A DNA stretch of 64,000 nucleotides from NCBI GenBank assembly GCA_028284765.1, contig JANQRA010000002.1, forward strand, positions 101,061 through 165,060, written 5' to 3'. Numbering within the stretch: the first letter of the stretch is position 1; each line of letters begins with the position of its first letter. The notes under the pieces are model-generated. The model worked only from the letters and a program-made list of their open reading frames with translations, did no database searches and had not been told where the DNA came from. Made by a program: the position numbers and the translations under genes. The DNA is from Acidimicrobiia bacterium. Lineage in GTDB: Bacteria > Actinomycetota > Acidimicrobiia > Spongiisociales > ZC4RG35. Shown here one piece after another: positions 19,216 through 29,580 of the stretch.

Positions 19216-19358
19216 AAACACTCCCACTTCTTGGTGTGTCCTTGATGATTCAGGACGTCGTGAGACGCGGACATGGCCATTGGTCACATGGCTTCGGGAC
19301 TTCCGTTTCTACTAACTGCCCACCCCTGCAGAATCTGTCACACCCTCCCCGTACGTTG

Positions 19359-19730
19359 ATGGCCATGGAAAAGAACGCTTGGTGTGACCACAAACCTGCG
19401 TGGGTCGGACGCATCGCCGTGACGGCGTGCGACGACTGCGGACGGATCGACTGGATGTCATCCGAGGGTGTCGTCGACTCATCGGAAGCGATCGCCGCCC
19501 TATTCGGATCGTATGACCTGGTGGGTGCCATCGACGCCTTAGGAGCGCCGTCGCCCGAGGTTTTGGTCTACGCCCCTCCATCGGGACGTAAGCGGAGACA
19601 CCTCGACACTCTTCCCCGTCACGCATGGATGAAAGCCGGCCCGCACATCTGGCTATCAACCGACGGTGAGACACTGCTTCTGAGCACCACTCAACAGCTG
19701 ATGTTCGAGAACCTCAACCGGGGTGCCTAG
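19359..19730 (+). CDS. Hypothetical protein
   Basis: A long ORF with reasonable composition in the roughly 440-bp gap between the CBS gene and the ABC transporter. The start is uncertain. Its 3' end overlaps the convergent ABC gene. Confidence 0.3.
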   Translation: MAMEKNAWCDHKPAWVGRIAVTACDDCGRIDWMSSEGVVDSSEAIAALFGSYDLVGAIDALGAPSPEVLVYAPPSGRKRRHLDTLPRHAWMKAGPHIWLSTDGETLLLSTTQQLMFENLNRGA

Positions 19731-21545
19731 ACCTCGACCAGTCTCGAACTGGGTCCGGTAGAGCTCCGCATACAAACCTTCGTCGGCAATCAAAGAGTCG
19801 TGGGTGCCACTTTCTACGATCACGCCATCATCGATTACCAGAATCTGATCGGCCGCCCTCACTGTGGAAAGCCGGTGGGCGATGACGATCGAGGTCCTTC
19901 CCTGCATCAGACTCTCCAGAGCCTGTTGAATGAGTGCTTCCGATCTCGAGTCGAGATGTGATGTCGCTTCGTCGAGGATCAGCACATCCGGGTCCTTCAA
20001 TACCACCCGAGCAATGGCGATTCGTTGCTTCTCGCCACCGGAGAGGCGGTATCCACGCTCCCCTACGAGGGTCTCGTATCCGTCCGGCAGTTTCTCGATC
20101 ATCTCCGCGATGTTCGCTGCCTGAGCCGCATGGCGGATCTCCTCAAGAGAGGCATCAGGTTTGGCGTACCTGAGGTTCGCGGAAATCGTGTCGTGGAACA
20201 GATAGCTCTCCTGTGTCACGACTCCGACCTTGCCGGCGAGCTCCCTCAGATCCGCATTCCGAACGTCGACATCGTCTACCCGGACTTGACCCTCAGTGAC
20301 GTCATAGAGGCGAGGGATCAGATACGAGATAGTGGTCTTGCCTGCCCCAGAGGGGCCAACGAGAGCAGTGAGTGTCCCCGGCTCCGCAACGAAGCTGACG
20401 TTCTCTAGCGCCCACTCACGAGTTGAGGCCTGTGGGACAACATCCCCGTCATCTCGGTCCCGACGCCAGGAGAATCGTTTTACCGCCTCGAGCCCTTCGG
20501 GTTCGTCACTCTGATAGCGGAACGACACATCATCGAACTCCACCTTCCCCGCTCCGCCGGAGAGAGGCACCGGGCTCTCAGGCTCTGGAACGTCGGTTTC
20601 GAGATCCAGAACCTCGAACACCCTCTCGAAGGAGACCAAAGAAGTGGCGAACTCGACACGAGAGTTGCTGATGGCTGACAGCGGTCCGTAGAGCTGAGTC
20701 AGGAGCACTGAGAACATCACCAAAGTGCCGTCGGTGATGATGTCGTTGATCTCCATGAACCCACCAAGCCAGAACACTCCGGCGGTGCCAATTGCAGATA
20801 CGAGTCCCAAGGCAGCGAAGAAACCCCGCCCGACCATCGCTCTTCTGATGCCGTAGTCTCGGACGTTTGTCGCCGCATCCGAGAATTTGCCCTTCTCTTC
20901 ATCCCATCGACCAAACAGACGAATCAGCTGGGCACCTGAGACATTGAACGACTCCTGGAGAATGCCGGACATGCGAGCCTCATGCTCCATTTGCTGCTGA
21001 GTGATCCGTCTCAGGACTTTGGCGACTCGGCGGGCTGGAATGACGAACAACGGCAGCGCGGCGATCGCGATGAGTGTCAAGAGCCATTGTGCGTTGAACA
21101 TCACGATGAGGATCACTGTGACTGACACCACGTTGGAGACGATGGAGACGAACGTTCCCGTGATCGCCTGCTGCGCACCCACCACGTCGGAGTTGAGGCG
21201 ATTCATCAGCTCACCAGTCTTGGTGGCTGTGAAGAATCGGAGTGACATCCCCTGCAGATGGGCGTAAAGCTCGTTTCTGAGATCGAAGATGATCCCCTCG
21301 CCCACTCTCGACGAGAACCAGCGCTGGGCGATGCCCACGACGGCGTTGACCAGTGGGACGAGGATCATCGCGACCCCCAGGACCGTCAGCTGGCCAAGGT
21401 CCTCGTTGGGAAGCGCCTCATCGAGAAGAGACCGGACGAGAATCGCTGGAACCACCGAAAGCGAGCTGATAACGACAATCGTCGCCAGAATCCCAGCGAG
21501 ACCTCGCTTGTACGGTCGGCCGTAGCTCCAAACCCTCTTGAGCAA
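19656..21545 (-). CDS. ABC transporter, fused permease/ATP-binding protein (MsbA-like exporter)
   Basis: A 6-TM N-terminal domain; Walker A GPSGAGKTT; the signature LSGGEKQRIAIAR; and Walker B ILILDEATS. Confidence 0.9.
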   Translation of the reverse strand: MLKRVWSYGRPYKRGLAGILATIVVISSLSVVPAILVRSLLDEALPNEDLGQLTVLGVAMILVPLVNAVVGIAQRWFSSRVGEGIIFDLRNELYAHLQGMSLRFFTATKTGELMNRLNSDVVGAQQAITGTFVSIVSNVVSVTVILIVMFNAQWLLTLIAIAALPLFVIPARRVAKVLRRITQQQMEHEARMSGILQESFNVSGAQLIRLFGRWDEEKGKFSDAATNVRDYGIRRAMVGRGFFAALGLVSAIGTAGVFWLGGFMEINDIITDGTLVMFSVLLTQLYGPLSAISNSRVEFATSLVSFERVFEVLDLETDVPEPESPVPLSGGAGKVEFDDVSFRYQSDEPEGLEAVKRFSWRRDRDDGDVVPQASTREWALENVSFVAEPGTLTALVGPSGAGKTTISYLIPRLYDVTEGQVRVDDVDVRNADLRELAGKVGVVTQESYLFHDTISANLRYAKPDASLEEIRHAAQAANIAEMIEKLPDGYETLVGERGYRLSGGEKQRIAIARVVLKDPDVLILDEATSHLDSRSEALIQQALESLMQGRTSIVIAHRLSTVRAADQILVIDDGVIVESGTHDSLIADEGLYAELYRTQFETGRGLGTPVEVLEHQLLSGAQKQCLTVG

Positions 21546-21740
21546 CTGGCGATCGAGATCGGGTTTGTCTTGTTCTTCGTCGTACTTCAGGTACGACCAC
21601 CAACCACCGGAATGAAAGATGGGGTGACTCCTCTCAGGAACGGACCGAGGCTATCCGGTGAAGGCTTCTACCGGAGGGCCCGTTCGGCTGAATAGTGGTA
21701 AGGCTACGACGCAGCGAGATATTCCCGAATCGAAGCCAAC

Positions 21741-22499
21741 TCAGCCTTCGACGGGGACGGAGCTGAGCGGAACCATGCTCTGTCGCATCTCATAGAGACT
21801 CGATGTGGTCACGAAGTCTCGTCCAAAGAGCTCGTACCGAAAGCCAGAGTCGAACCAAACAAGCGTGGTTCCCGCCGCAGACCTCAGCTCCCACGTATCA
21901 GTTGAGTCTTCCGAGACGTATTCGCAACGTTGCGTGGTCTGGTCAGAGAGCTGAGCGCAACCGGCACCCGGGTCCTCTGCCGTCGATGTTGCGCCATCGG
22001 GATCGGTGGCGACTCTCAAGACGGCCATCTGTGCCACCGAGCGCGACCTGGTGTAGGGCTCTGCGGACCACACCCCAAAGGCAGCAGTGGGCTCTGCGCT
22101 GAGGGTGCCGTCATTGTCGAAAATGAGCTGAGACGAAACCCATTCCGCTGTTGGCGGGAGCATTCCCGGGAACATGACGCCGGGGAGCGCAAAGGAGATT
22201 TCTGTGCGGCTGGACTGGATGAAGCTATCTCCGTCCCGCCTGGCGAACACCTCGGCGAGGAACTCGTCGGTATTGTCGAATTGTGTGTTGAGGATGTCAT
22301 CGTTCGCCCACAGCAGAGCCTCTGCCGAGACAGGTTTGGGTGCTTCAAACACTCGAGGCTGAGTCGAGGGAACGGTGGGTTCGTTGATCCAGGCTGAACT
22401 GCGATTGCCCAGGGTCCCCAGAGGTTGATCACCACATGCACTCAGAACCAGGCCTACAACAACACAGCCCAGCGCTACCCGCTTACTCATCTCGTCCAC
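21741..22499 (-). CDS. Putative secreted lipoprotein
   Basis: Signal peptide plus lipobox, MSKRVALGCVVVGLVLSACG. Confidence 0.55.
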   Translation of the reverse strand: MDEMSKRVALGCVVVGLVLSACGDQPLGTLGNRSSAWINEPTVPSTQPRVFEAPKPVSAEALLWANDDILNTQFDNTDEFLAEVFARRDGDSFIQSSRTEISFALPGVMFPGMLPPTAEWVSSQLIFDNDGTLSAEPTAAFGVWSAEPYTRSRSVAQMAVLRVATDPDGATSTAEDPGAGCAQLSDQTTQRCEYVSEDSTDTWELRSAAGTTLVWFDSGFRYELFGRDFVTTSSLYEMRQSMVPLSSVPVEG

Positions 22500-22515
22500 A
22501 AACGCTCATTGCGAA

Positions 22516-23322
22516 TTGTTGGTTCCTCGCATGTGCACCAATGTCATTGTCGCCATCCTTATGCTCAATCACGTGAATTCGCTGGGCTTGATCCGAGACA
22601 GCTTCGGAGGCGCACTCGATGTTGCAGTGAGCCATGAGGTGCTCAACGCTGTCTCTCGAGGCCAAATGGGGCCCACCATGCGACTCCATGTTGCAGATCC
22701 GCTCGTGGCCTTTGGTCGAGCCGATCGCGCCGCTCCCGGCTACCCAAGAGCGGTTATGGCTGCGAGAGCTCACGGGTACGAGGCGATCGAGAGGCTTGCC
22801 GGAGGTAGGGCAGCGGTCTTTCACGAATCCACGCTTGCATTTGCGATTGCGCTTCCGACTTTGGAGCCCCGCGCCGGGATCGAGGAGCGGTTTCGGATGA
22901 TCTCCGACGTCATGGTGAACGCGTTCAGGTCACTGGCGATCGACGCACAGATCGGCGAGGTCCCTGGTGAGTATTGCCCCGGAGAATGGTCAGTGAATGT
23001 TGGGGGACACACCAAGGTCATGGGAGTCGGGCAACGATTGGTCAGGGGAGCCGCTCACGTCGGTGGTGTTGTCGTCGTCGACGAAGGGGAACGGATCAGA
23101 GACGTGCTCATCCCCGTCTACCGAGCACTGGGACTCGATTGGGACCCGAGGACGGCCGGTGCATTGGCTGACCGTGCGCCCGGTGTCCGCAAAGCTGACG
23201 TGGTTCGAGCGATCGAAGACGCGGTCGCCGAGTATTTCACCCTGACCGAAAGCTCACTGTCGTCCGACTTGATCGCGTCGGCCGGGACTCTGGTGCCCAG
23301 TCATCTCCCGAAGGTTGCCTAA
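22516..23322 (+). CDS. Lipoate-protein ligase / BPL_LplA_LipB catalytic-domain family protein
   Basis: GGRAAVFHES (compare LplA GGGAVFHD) and KVMGVGQRL...HVGGVVVV (compare KVSGSAYR...HHGTLLL). The true start is probably internal. Confidence 0.6.
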   Translation: MLVPRMCTNVIVAILMLNHVNSLGLIRDSFGGALDVAVSHEVLNAVSRGQMGPTMRLHVADPLVAFGRADRAAPGYPRAVMAARAHGYEAIERLAGGRAAVFHESTLAFAIALPTLEPRAGIEERFRMISDVMVNAFRSLAIDAQIGEVPGEYCPGEWSVNVGGHTKVMGVGQRLVRGAAHVGGVVVVDEGERIRDVLIPVYRALGLDWDPRTAGALADRAPGVRKADVVRAIEDAVAEYFTLTESSLSSDLIASAGTLVPSHLPKVA

Positions 23323-24399
23323 ATGCGGGTCTTGGTGATAAATGGGCCGAATCTGAACATGCTCGGAACGCGAGAGCCGGAGGTCTATGGCTCGACGACG
23401 CTCCCCGAGCTGGAGTCCCGGATGAACGGATGGGCGGAAGCTTTGGGCGTCTCTTTGGATTGGCGCCAGTCAAATAGTGAGGGCGAGATCATCGACTGGC
23501 TACAGAGTGTGGATGCTGCTGGCGTGATCATCAATCCCGCAGCTCTTTCTCATACATCTCGAGCCGTAGCCGATGCCATCCAGGCGATTACTGCACCGGT
23601 TGTGGAGGTCCACATCTCAAACATCAAGGCGCGCGAAGCCTGGAGAGCAGAGTCATTTGTCTCGGGAGCATGTGCTCACACAATCTTCGGTCGAGGTGTC
23701 GTGGGGTACCGAGACGCACTACTGCATCTCGTCAACAGCTCAACGCTGCCAACCGCTCCGGTTCGCTACGGCCCACATGAAGACAACATCGGCGACCTTC
23801 GCGTGACCGGCAGCCATCTGGTGGTGTTGGTTCACGGAGGGTTCTGGCGAGAGGAATACGCGAGCGACACGATGGAATCGATAGCTGTCGACCTTGCTCA
23901 ATCCGGGCTCACGACTTGGAACCTCGAGTACAGACGGGCCGGAGGTTGGCCCGGATCGGGTCACGACGTGCTCACCGCCCTGGACTTCATCCCCCAGTTA
24001 GAGCGGACATTTGACGACGTGACGGTTATCGGGCATTCAGCCGGGGCCTACCTAGCGATGTGGGCGATCCCCCGAACCTCCACGACTGTCGGCCGGAGTC
24101 TTCAGATGGCTGGCATCTTCGACCTTCGATCGGCAGGCACCACCGGCACGGTTGGAGCGAGGGACTGCTTGAAGATGATCGAGTCGGGTGCGCCAGCCAT
24201 CCTCACTCCAGGTGCTGAGCGAACTGTTCTGTTCCACGGACTCGCCGACGAAGTGGTCGACCCCGGGCAGTCTTCGGACCTCGCTTCGCGATCTTCGGCA
24301 GAATTGGTCACCACCGAATCGGGGCACTTTCAATGGCTAGACCCATCCAAGGAGGAGTGGCAGTTGGTCAAGTCCAGGATTCCGGCGGAATCGCCGTGA
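23323..24399 (+). CDS. aroQ: Type II 3-dehydroquinate dehydratase (AroQ) fused to a C-terminal alpha/beta-hydrolase (esterase-like) domain
   Basis: N-terminus MRVLVINGPNLNMLGTREPEVYG...VVEVHISNIKAREAWR is canonical type II DHQase, about 145 aa. The C-terminus has HGGFW and a GHSAG nucleophile elbow. Confidence 0.75.
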   Translation: MRVLVINGPNLNMLGTREPEVYGSTTLPELESRMNGWAEALGVSLDWRQSNSEGEIIDWLQSVDAAGVIINPAALSHTSRAVADAIQAITAPVVEVHISNIKAREAWRAESFVSGACAHTIFGRGVVGYRDALLHLVNSSTLPTAPVRYGPHEDNIGDLRVTGSHLVVLVHGGFWREEYASDTMESIAVDLAQSGLTTWNLEYRRAGGWPGSGHDVLTALDFIPQLERTFDDVTVIGHSAGAYLAMWAIPRTSTTVGRSLQMAGIFDLRSAGTTGTVGARDCLKMIESGAPAILTPGAERTVLFHGLADEVVDPGQSSDLASRSSAELVTTESGHFQWLDPSKEEWQLVKSRIPAESP

Positions 24400-25520
24400 G
24401 CGCCGAACAGCCGGGAGGCCTGAAATGGACTTACTTCGACCCTGATGTCGTGCCGGCTTGGGTTGCCGAGATGGACTATCCGCTGGCCCCTGAAATCTCT
24501 AATGCTCTGCACGCAGCGATAGATCTCAACCTCACCGGCTACCCGTATCCGCAGATCGAGCAGGCAGCATTTGAAGCTGCGACCGATTTCTGGCACAGCG
24601 AGCTGGGATGGCAGGTAGACCAGTCTTGGGTCTTCTCGGTGCCGGACGTCATCGAAGGTACGAAGAGAGCAATTGAGCGGTTGACGAAACCCGGCTCCCC
24701 TGTCGTGTTGCATACCCCGGTCTACTTCCCCTTCTTCGGTATGGTCGGACGGGCCGGGCGCCAGTTGGTCGAAGTCCCCAGCCACGTCGACGACGACGGC
24801 ACTTATCGACTCGACCTCGACGGAATCGAACGTGCATTCTCACATGGCGCCGGATCGATAGTGCTTTGCAACCCATGGAATCCGACCGGACGAGTTTTTG
24901 AGCGGTCCGAGCTAGAGAATCTCATCCAGCTGGCCGAGCGCTACGAGTCTCGTGTGATTTCGGACGAGATTCATGCCCCAATCGTCTACGAAGGTCATGA
25001 ACACGTCCCGGCCGCCTCCATAGCGCCAGAGGTCGTGGTGACGGTCACGTCTGCCTCGAAGACCTTCGACCTTCCCGGGCTCAAGTGCGCACAGGTCGTA
25101 CTGACCAACGGGAATGACCGTGAGAATTGGGCAAGCTATTTCACGCCGGAAACAGTGGGTGTTGGCACCCTGGGCCTCATCGCTGCCGAAGCGGCATACG
25201 GACGAAGCAAGGATTGGTACCGAGATCTCGTCGCAGGGCTCCAAACCAACAAGGATCTCTTGGTCCGAGAGCTTCCTGACGTTCTGCCGGAAGTCAAACT
25301 CAATGAGACCCAGGGCACGTACTTGGCTTGGCTCGACTTCTCGGCTTATGAGCTCGATGACCCGGCCGCATACCTGCTCGAGCACGCACGAGTGGCCCTG
25401 ACGGGTGGAGCGCAGTTCAGGGGGAGTTCATCGCATTTCGGGCGGCTCAACTTCGCAACGACGCCTGACCGACTCAACGAAATCTTGGCCAGAATCAGGG
25501 GCGCATTGCTGGCACTCTGA
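24396..25520 (+). CDS. Aminotransferase class I/II, MalY/PatB-like C-S lyase (cystathionine beta-lyase-like)
   Basis: ...VLCNPWNPTGRVF...SDEIHAPIVYEG...SASKTFDLPGLK is a PatB/MalY pattern. The GTG start overlaps the upstream stop (GTGA). Confidence 0.75.
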   Translation: MSAEQPGGLKWTYFDPDVVPAWVAEMDYPLAPEISNALHAAIDLNLTGYPYPQIEQAAFEAATDFWHSELGWQVDQSWVFSVPDVIEGTKRAIERLTKPGSPVVLHTPVYFPFFGMVGRAGRQLVEVPSHVDDDGTYRLDLDGIERAFSHGAGSIVLCNPWNPTGRVFERSELENLIQLAERYESRVISDEIHAPIVYEGHEHVPAASIAPEVVVTVTSASKTFDLPGLKCAQVVLTNGNDRENWASYFTPETVGVGTLGLIAAEAAYGRSKDWYRDLVAGLQTNKDLLVRELPDVLPEVKLNETQGTYLAWLDFSAYELDDPAAYLLEHARVALTGGAQFRGSSSHFGRLNFATTPDRLNEILARIRGALLAL

Positions 25521-25617
25521 AGCGAACTGTGCATTCTGGGATGCGCATCTATCCACATTTGGGTAGTGTTTTGATCCCTGGGTGTGGGCTCAGACCCCAC
25601 ATGGAGTCACTTCTGTA

Positions 25618-26214
25618 ATGCGTTCCAGACGTTTGTCGTCATTCGCCGGATGGGCCGCGCTGGCCCTCGTAGCTGCCGTTGGCTTCGCCGCGTTCGGAGG
25701 TTCTGATGAGCCATCGGCGGAGGTCCAGCTCGAGGCGGCAGCAGCGTCTCTCGGGCACGACGCTGGGGCATACGCCGGACTCAGCTTCGCCACTCTCGGC
25801 GGTGCCGCATCGGCTGACGTGGTCATCGCTGAGCCCGAACTGGAGGCCGTCGACCAGCCCGAGACGGAGGAAAGCGCATCAACGGAGAGCTCGGCGCCTG
25901 GGACTAGTGCATCACCGGCTTCTGGGTGGCTATCACAGGTCGAGGTTCGGGCGCTGGTCGGTCTCTATTTCGAACCGACAGACATCAACCGGGCCGTACG
26001 AGTGGCATGGTGTGAGTCCAAATTCGATCCCGAGCACAAAGACCTCCGCACCGGTGGCGAGGGATTGTTCAATCATCTCCCCAGGTACTGGGATGAACGC
26101 TCCTCCAACGCAGGATTTGCTGGTCATCCCGCCACCGACCCCGAGGCCGCTACGGCGGCCGCCGCCTGGGAGGTCTACAACGGCGCAGGCTGGGAGATCT
26201 TCAACTGCCGCTAG
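25618..26214 (+). CDS. Secreted protein with a C-terminal transglycosylase-like domain
   Basis: Signal peptide MRSRRLSSFAGWAALALVAAVGFAAFG, a low-complexity Ala/Ser/Glu linker, and a C-terminal VRVAWCESKFDPEHKD...GLFN...W domain resembling transglycosylase-like domains. Confidence 0.5.
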   Translation: MRSRRLSSFAGWAALALVAAVGFAAFGGSDEPSAEVQLEAAAASLGHDAGAYAGLSFATLGGAASADVVIAEPELEAVDQPETEESASTESSAPGTSASPASGWLSQVEVRALVGLYFEPTDINRAVRVAWCESKFDPEHKDLRTGGEGLFNHLPRYWDERSSNAGFAGHPATDPEAATAAAAWEVYNGAGWEIFNCR

Positions 26215-26217
26215 CGC

Positions 26218-29200
26218 CTAGCGGAAATCGCGAGAACGGATGGTTTGGACGCCGATCGGCTCGAAATCGCGGGCAACGATGTTGGTGACGCCGTCGTAGA
26301 ACTCCAGACGACCGTGGATGATGAGTGCCGGGCTCTTCCTGACCACATGCCTGTGTTTCGCCCAAACATCGGGAAGTACGACGATGTTGAGGAGACCTGT
26401 CTCGTCTTCGAGATTCAAGAAATAGACACCTTTCGCCGTGCCCGGTCGTTGACGATGGGTTATCACCCCCGCCACTTTGATCCGCGACTTGTTCCGTCCG
26501 ACCTCCAAGGCCTCGGCCGCGGTGAGACAGCCATCCAACTGATCCCTGACGAATCTCATCGGGTGGGAAGACGAAACCGATGTGGCCCAAAGGTCAGCCC
26601 GGTGCTCCTCTTCAGGAGACATACCCGGCAACTCGGGTGCTTCCACCCCTGGCGAAAGAGCCAGACGCTCAGGATCGATCTCAGCCAGGGCACCAGCAGC
26701 CCACATTCCCTCACGTCTGCCGAGACCCAGGGACTCCAGAGCACCCGCTCCAGCCAAACCCTCGAGTGAATCGACATCGAGTCCGGTACGTGCAGCCAGA
26801 TCTTCAGGAGATCTGAAATCACCGCCGAGAATCCGTGCTGCTTCGATCCGCGTCACCTCTTTCTCACCGAGATTGCGCACATATCGAAGTCCCATTCGAA
26901 CTCCGACTGCAGGTCTTATCGGATCGTCTACATGGCCCCGGCCTCTTCTCCAGGATTGACCTAGATAGGAGACGATGTCCGCGGGGTCAGCCTGTATCGG
27001 CTCAATGGTGCAGTCGTGCCATGAGAGATTCACGTCGGGGCCGAGGACCACAACTCCGTGTCGCTGCGCATCCTGCGTCAAAGAGTTGGGACTGTAGAAA
27101 CCCATTGGTTGGGCGTTGAGGAGGCCAGCAAGGAACTCCGCTGGATAGTGAAATCGCAGCCACGCTGACATGTAGACGATGTAAGCGAAGCTCACCGAAT
27201 GGCTCTCGGGAAAGCCGAAGCTTGCAAAACCCTGAAGTTTCTCCCATATCTCCTCGGCAGCCGCACCGACAATGCCGTTGTTCCTCATGCCCTCGAAGAC
27301 CTCATCTTTCAAACGCCCCATGGCCTCGTCTGAACGCTTGTGAGTCATCGCCTGCCGAAGGCGATCGGCTTGTGAACCGTTGAACCCGGCACAGATCCGA
27401 GCCAACTCCATGAGTTGTTCTTGAAAGATGGGGACACCGAGCGTCTTCTTGAGAACCACCTCGGTTGACGGGTGTGGATAGCGGACAGGTTCCTCGCCGT
27501 TGCGACGCCGCAGGTACGGATGAACCGAGCGACCTTGAATAGGCCCGGGACGAATGAGAGCTACCTCGACTGCCAGGTCATAGAAGGTCTTCGGCTTCAT
27601 CTTGGGAAGCGTGGCCATCTGAGCGCGTGATTCGATTTGGAACAGCCCAACGGTGTCGGCCCTGGTCATCGACTCATACAGAGCCGGCTCCTGAGGGATA
27701 CGGGCGAGGTCTATCTCGACACCATGGGCATCTTCGATCAAGTCAGTTGCCAGATGGAGCGCGTTGAGCATTCCGAGACCAAGTAGATCGAACTTCACGA
27801 TCCCAACGGCTGCAGAGTCGTCTTTGTCCCACTGAATAACCGTGCGACCTTCCATCCGCCCCCATTCGACTGGCACCACTTGCCACAGCGGACGATCGGC
27901 AATGACCATCCCACCCGAGTGGATTCCCAGATGTCGTGGATAGCCGTCGAGACGCCAGCAGATGTCGTAGATCATCTCGGCTGTCATTCCCTCGGGTAGT
28001 GACGTGTCCATGTCGCGCAGTTGTGCTGGATCGCGAGTGTCCACGTACTTGGAAAGACCGTCGACCTGAGCCTGAGTGAATCCAAAAGTCTTGGCGACAT
28101 CTCGCAAGACCGATCGCGCTCGATAGGTGACGACGTTGGCCACCATTGCCGCGCGCTCCCGGCCATAACGTCGATAGCAATACTGGATTACCTCTTCGCG
28201 ACGATCTGCCTCGAAGTCGACGTCAATGTCGGGTGGCTTGCCTCTCTCCTCGGACAGAAAACGCTCAAAAGGCAAATGAAGACGGATTGGGTCGACACGG
28301 GTGAGCCCGATGCAACGACAGACAGCCGAATCTGCACCCGACCCTCGTATCTGACAGTAGATGTCCTGTTCCCGCGCAAAATCGACGAGGTCCTTCACCA
28401 CCAAGAAGTAGCCGGCAAAACCGAGACGCTCGATGATGTCCAGCTCATGTTCGAGGCGACGCCTGGCGGCGGGTTCTATCCCATCTTCTGACCCCGGATA
28501 GACATCACGTGCCCCCTCCCAGGTGAGGTGTCTCAGATACTCCATCTCATCCCGGAAATGGCCTGGCATTGGGAAGTCGGGAAGCTGTGGTGCCACCAGG
28601 CCGAGGTCAAAGGCCAGCCTGCTTCCGATATCGGCAGCTCGGGTAACCACACCCGGATACCGGGCGAAGCGCACTGCCATCTCCGCAGGGTGTTTCAGAT
28701 ATCGCTCATCAGTTGCTGGCCGAAAACCGTCAGCCTCCGCAAGGGTTCGACGTCCGCCGATGGCGGCCAAAGCTTCCGACAGGTAGGCATCGCGACGATC
28801 GTGATAGTGGACCTGGTTGGTAGCCACAGTCGACACCCCGAGTTTCTGAGATACCTCCCACATCAGGTCGTTTCGCCCGTCGTCCTCTGGCATACCGTGA
28901 TGCCACAACTCCATGTGCAATCTCGTGCCAAAGATCTCACGCAATCGAGAGGTCTCACGCATCACCGCCGACAGGTCTCCCCGGACCGCTGCCTTGGGAA
29001 CAGCTCCGGCATGACACCCGGTCAAGACATGGACGTCTTTATTGGTTGCGGCTACCGCCAGGTCGTCCCACGAATAGATCGGGAGATCCTTCTCACCTCT
29101 CATCTGGGCTTTGGTGACGAGGTGAGAGAGTGTCCGATAGCCGCTGGGTGAACCAGCGAGAAGAACTAGATGGTCGGTCTCAGGGAGATCAGTTGGCTTC

Positions 29201-29580
29201 ACCCCGTGAGAGCGGACCGAACGCCCTCGACGCAGTCTCCCCTGGCCACCCTTGACACGTGCGTACCTCTGACGGTCCCACTCTTCAGCATCGGAGATGG
29301 GATCCCTTGACCCGGCCGGTGAGACCTCGAGTCCAATCTCTACCCCGTAGATCACGGGCAAACCCGTTGCCTTGGCAGCCTGCCATAGACGCGAAGTCCC
29401 ATAGAAGCCGTGGTGGTCGGTGACGGCCAGAGCCTCGTATCCCAACTCGATAGCGCGAACTACTAGATCCTCAGGATGTGATGCCCCGTCCAGGAACGAG
29501 AAGTTGGTGTGGCAATGAAGCTCGGCATAACGGTGACTCAGAGACACTGTCGGCACTATATCGAACATATGTTCGATCAC
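26218..29580 (-). CDS. dnaE2: Error-prone DNA polymerase DnaE2 (PHP + Pol III alpha core)
   Basis: 1120 aa, with the YAELHCHTNFSFLDGAS PHP N-terminus. An alternative ATG at 29566-29568 lies inside the LexA box. Confidence 0.9.
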   Translation of the reverse strand: MIEHMFDIVPTVSLSHRYAELHCHTNFSFLDGASHPEDLVVRAIELGYEALAVTDHHGFYGTSRLWQAAKATGLPVIYGVEIGLEVSPAGSRDPISDAEEWDRQRYARVKGGQGRLRRGRSVRSHGVKPTDLPETDHLVLLAGSPSGYRTLSHLVTKAQMRGEKDLPIYSWDDLAVAATNKDVHVLTGCHAGAVPKAAVRGDLSAVMRETSRLREIFGTRLHMELWHHGMPEDDGRNDLMWEVSQKLGVSTVATNQVHYHDRRDAYLSEALAAIGGRRTLAEADGFRPATDERYLKHPAEMAVRFARYPGVVTRAADIGSRLAFDLGLVAPQLPDFPMPGHFRDEMEYLRHLTWEGARDVYPGSEDGIEPAARRRLEHELDIIERLGFAGYFLVVKDLVDFAREQDIYCQIRGSGADSAVCRCIGLTRVDPIRLHLPFERFLSEERGKPPDIDVDFEADRREEVIQYCYRRYGRERAAMVANVVTYRARSVLRDVAKTFGFTQAQVDGLSKYVDTRDPAQLRDMDTSLPEGMTAEMIYDICWRLDGYPRHLGIHSGGMVIADRPLWQVVPVEWGRMEGRTVIQWDKDDSAAVGIVKFDLLGLGMLNALHLATDLIEDAHGVEIDLARIPQEPALYESMTRADTVGLFQIESRAQMATLPKMKPKTFYDLAVEVALIRPGPIQGRSVHPYLRRRNGEEPVRYPHPSTEVVLKKTLGVPIFQEQLMELARICAGFNGSQADRLRQAMTHKRSDEAMGRLKDEVFEGMRNNGIVGAAAEEIWEKLQGFASFGFPESHSVSFAYIVYMSAWLRFHYPAEFLAGLLNAQPMGFYSPNSLTQDAQRHGVVVLGPDVNLSWHDCTIEPIQADPADIVSYLGQSWRRGRGHVDDPIRPAVGVRMGLRYVRNLGEKEVTRIEAARILGGDFRSPEDLAARTGLDVDSLEGLAGAGALESLGLGRREGMWAAGALAEIDPERLALSPGVEAPELPGMSPEEEHRADLWATSVSSSHPMRFVRDQLDGCLTAAEALEVGRNKSRIKVAGVITHRQRPGTAKGVYFLNLEDETGLLNIVVLPDVWAKHRHVVRKSPALIIHGRLEFYDGVTNIVARDFEPIGVQTIRSRDFR
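29561..29576. promoter_or_regulatory. LexA (SOS/Cheo-type) box TCGAACATATGTTCGA overlapping the dnaE2 start
   Basis: A perfect GAAC-N4-GTTC palindrome. The 22-mer CGAACATATGTTCGATCACAAG is identical to the one upstream of imuA' at 61033-61054. Confidence 0.8.

Noticed and set aside
19236-19358. The N-terminal extension of the 19236-19730 ORF
   Set aside because: The upstream part runs across the divergent CBS-gene promoter region. Only the portion from the internal ATG was kept, and that at low confidence.
25530-25539. A perfect 10-bp palindrome GATGCGCATC upstream of the secreted transglycosylase-like gene
   Set aside because: A 10-bp perfect palindrome is expected dozens of times by chance in 64 kb of sequence. 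It does not recur in the window and has no flanking conservation.
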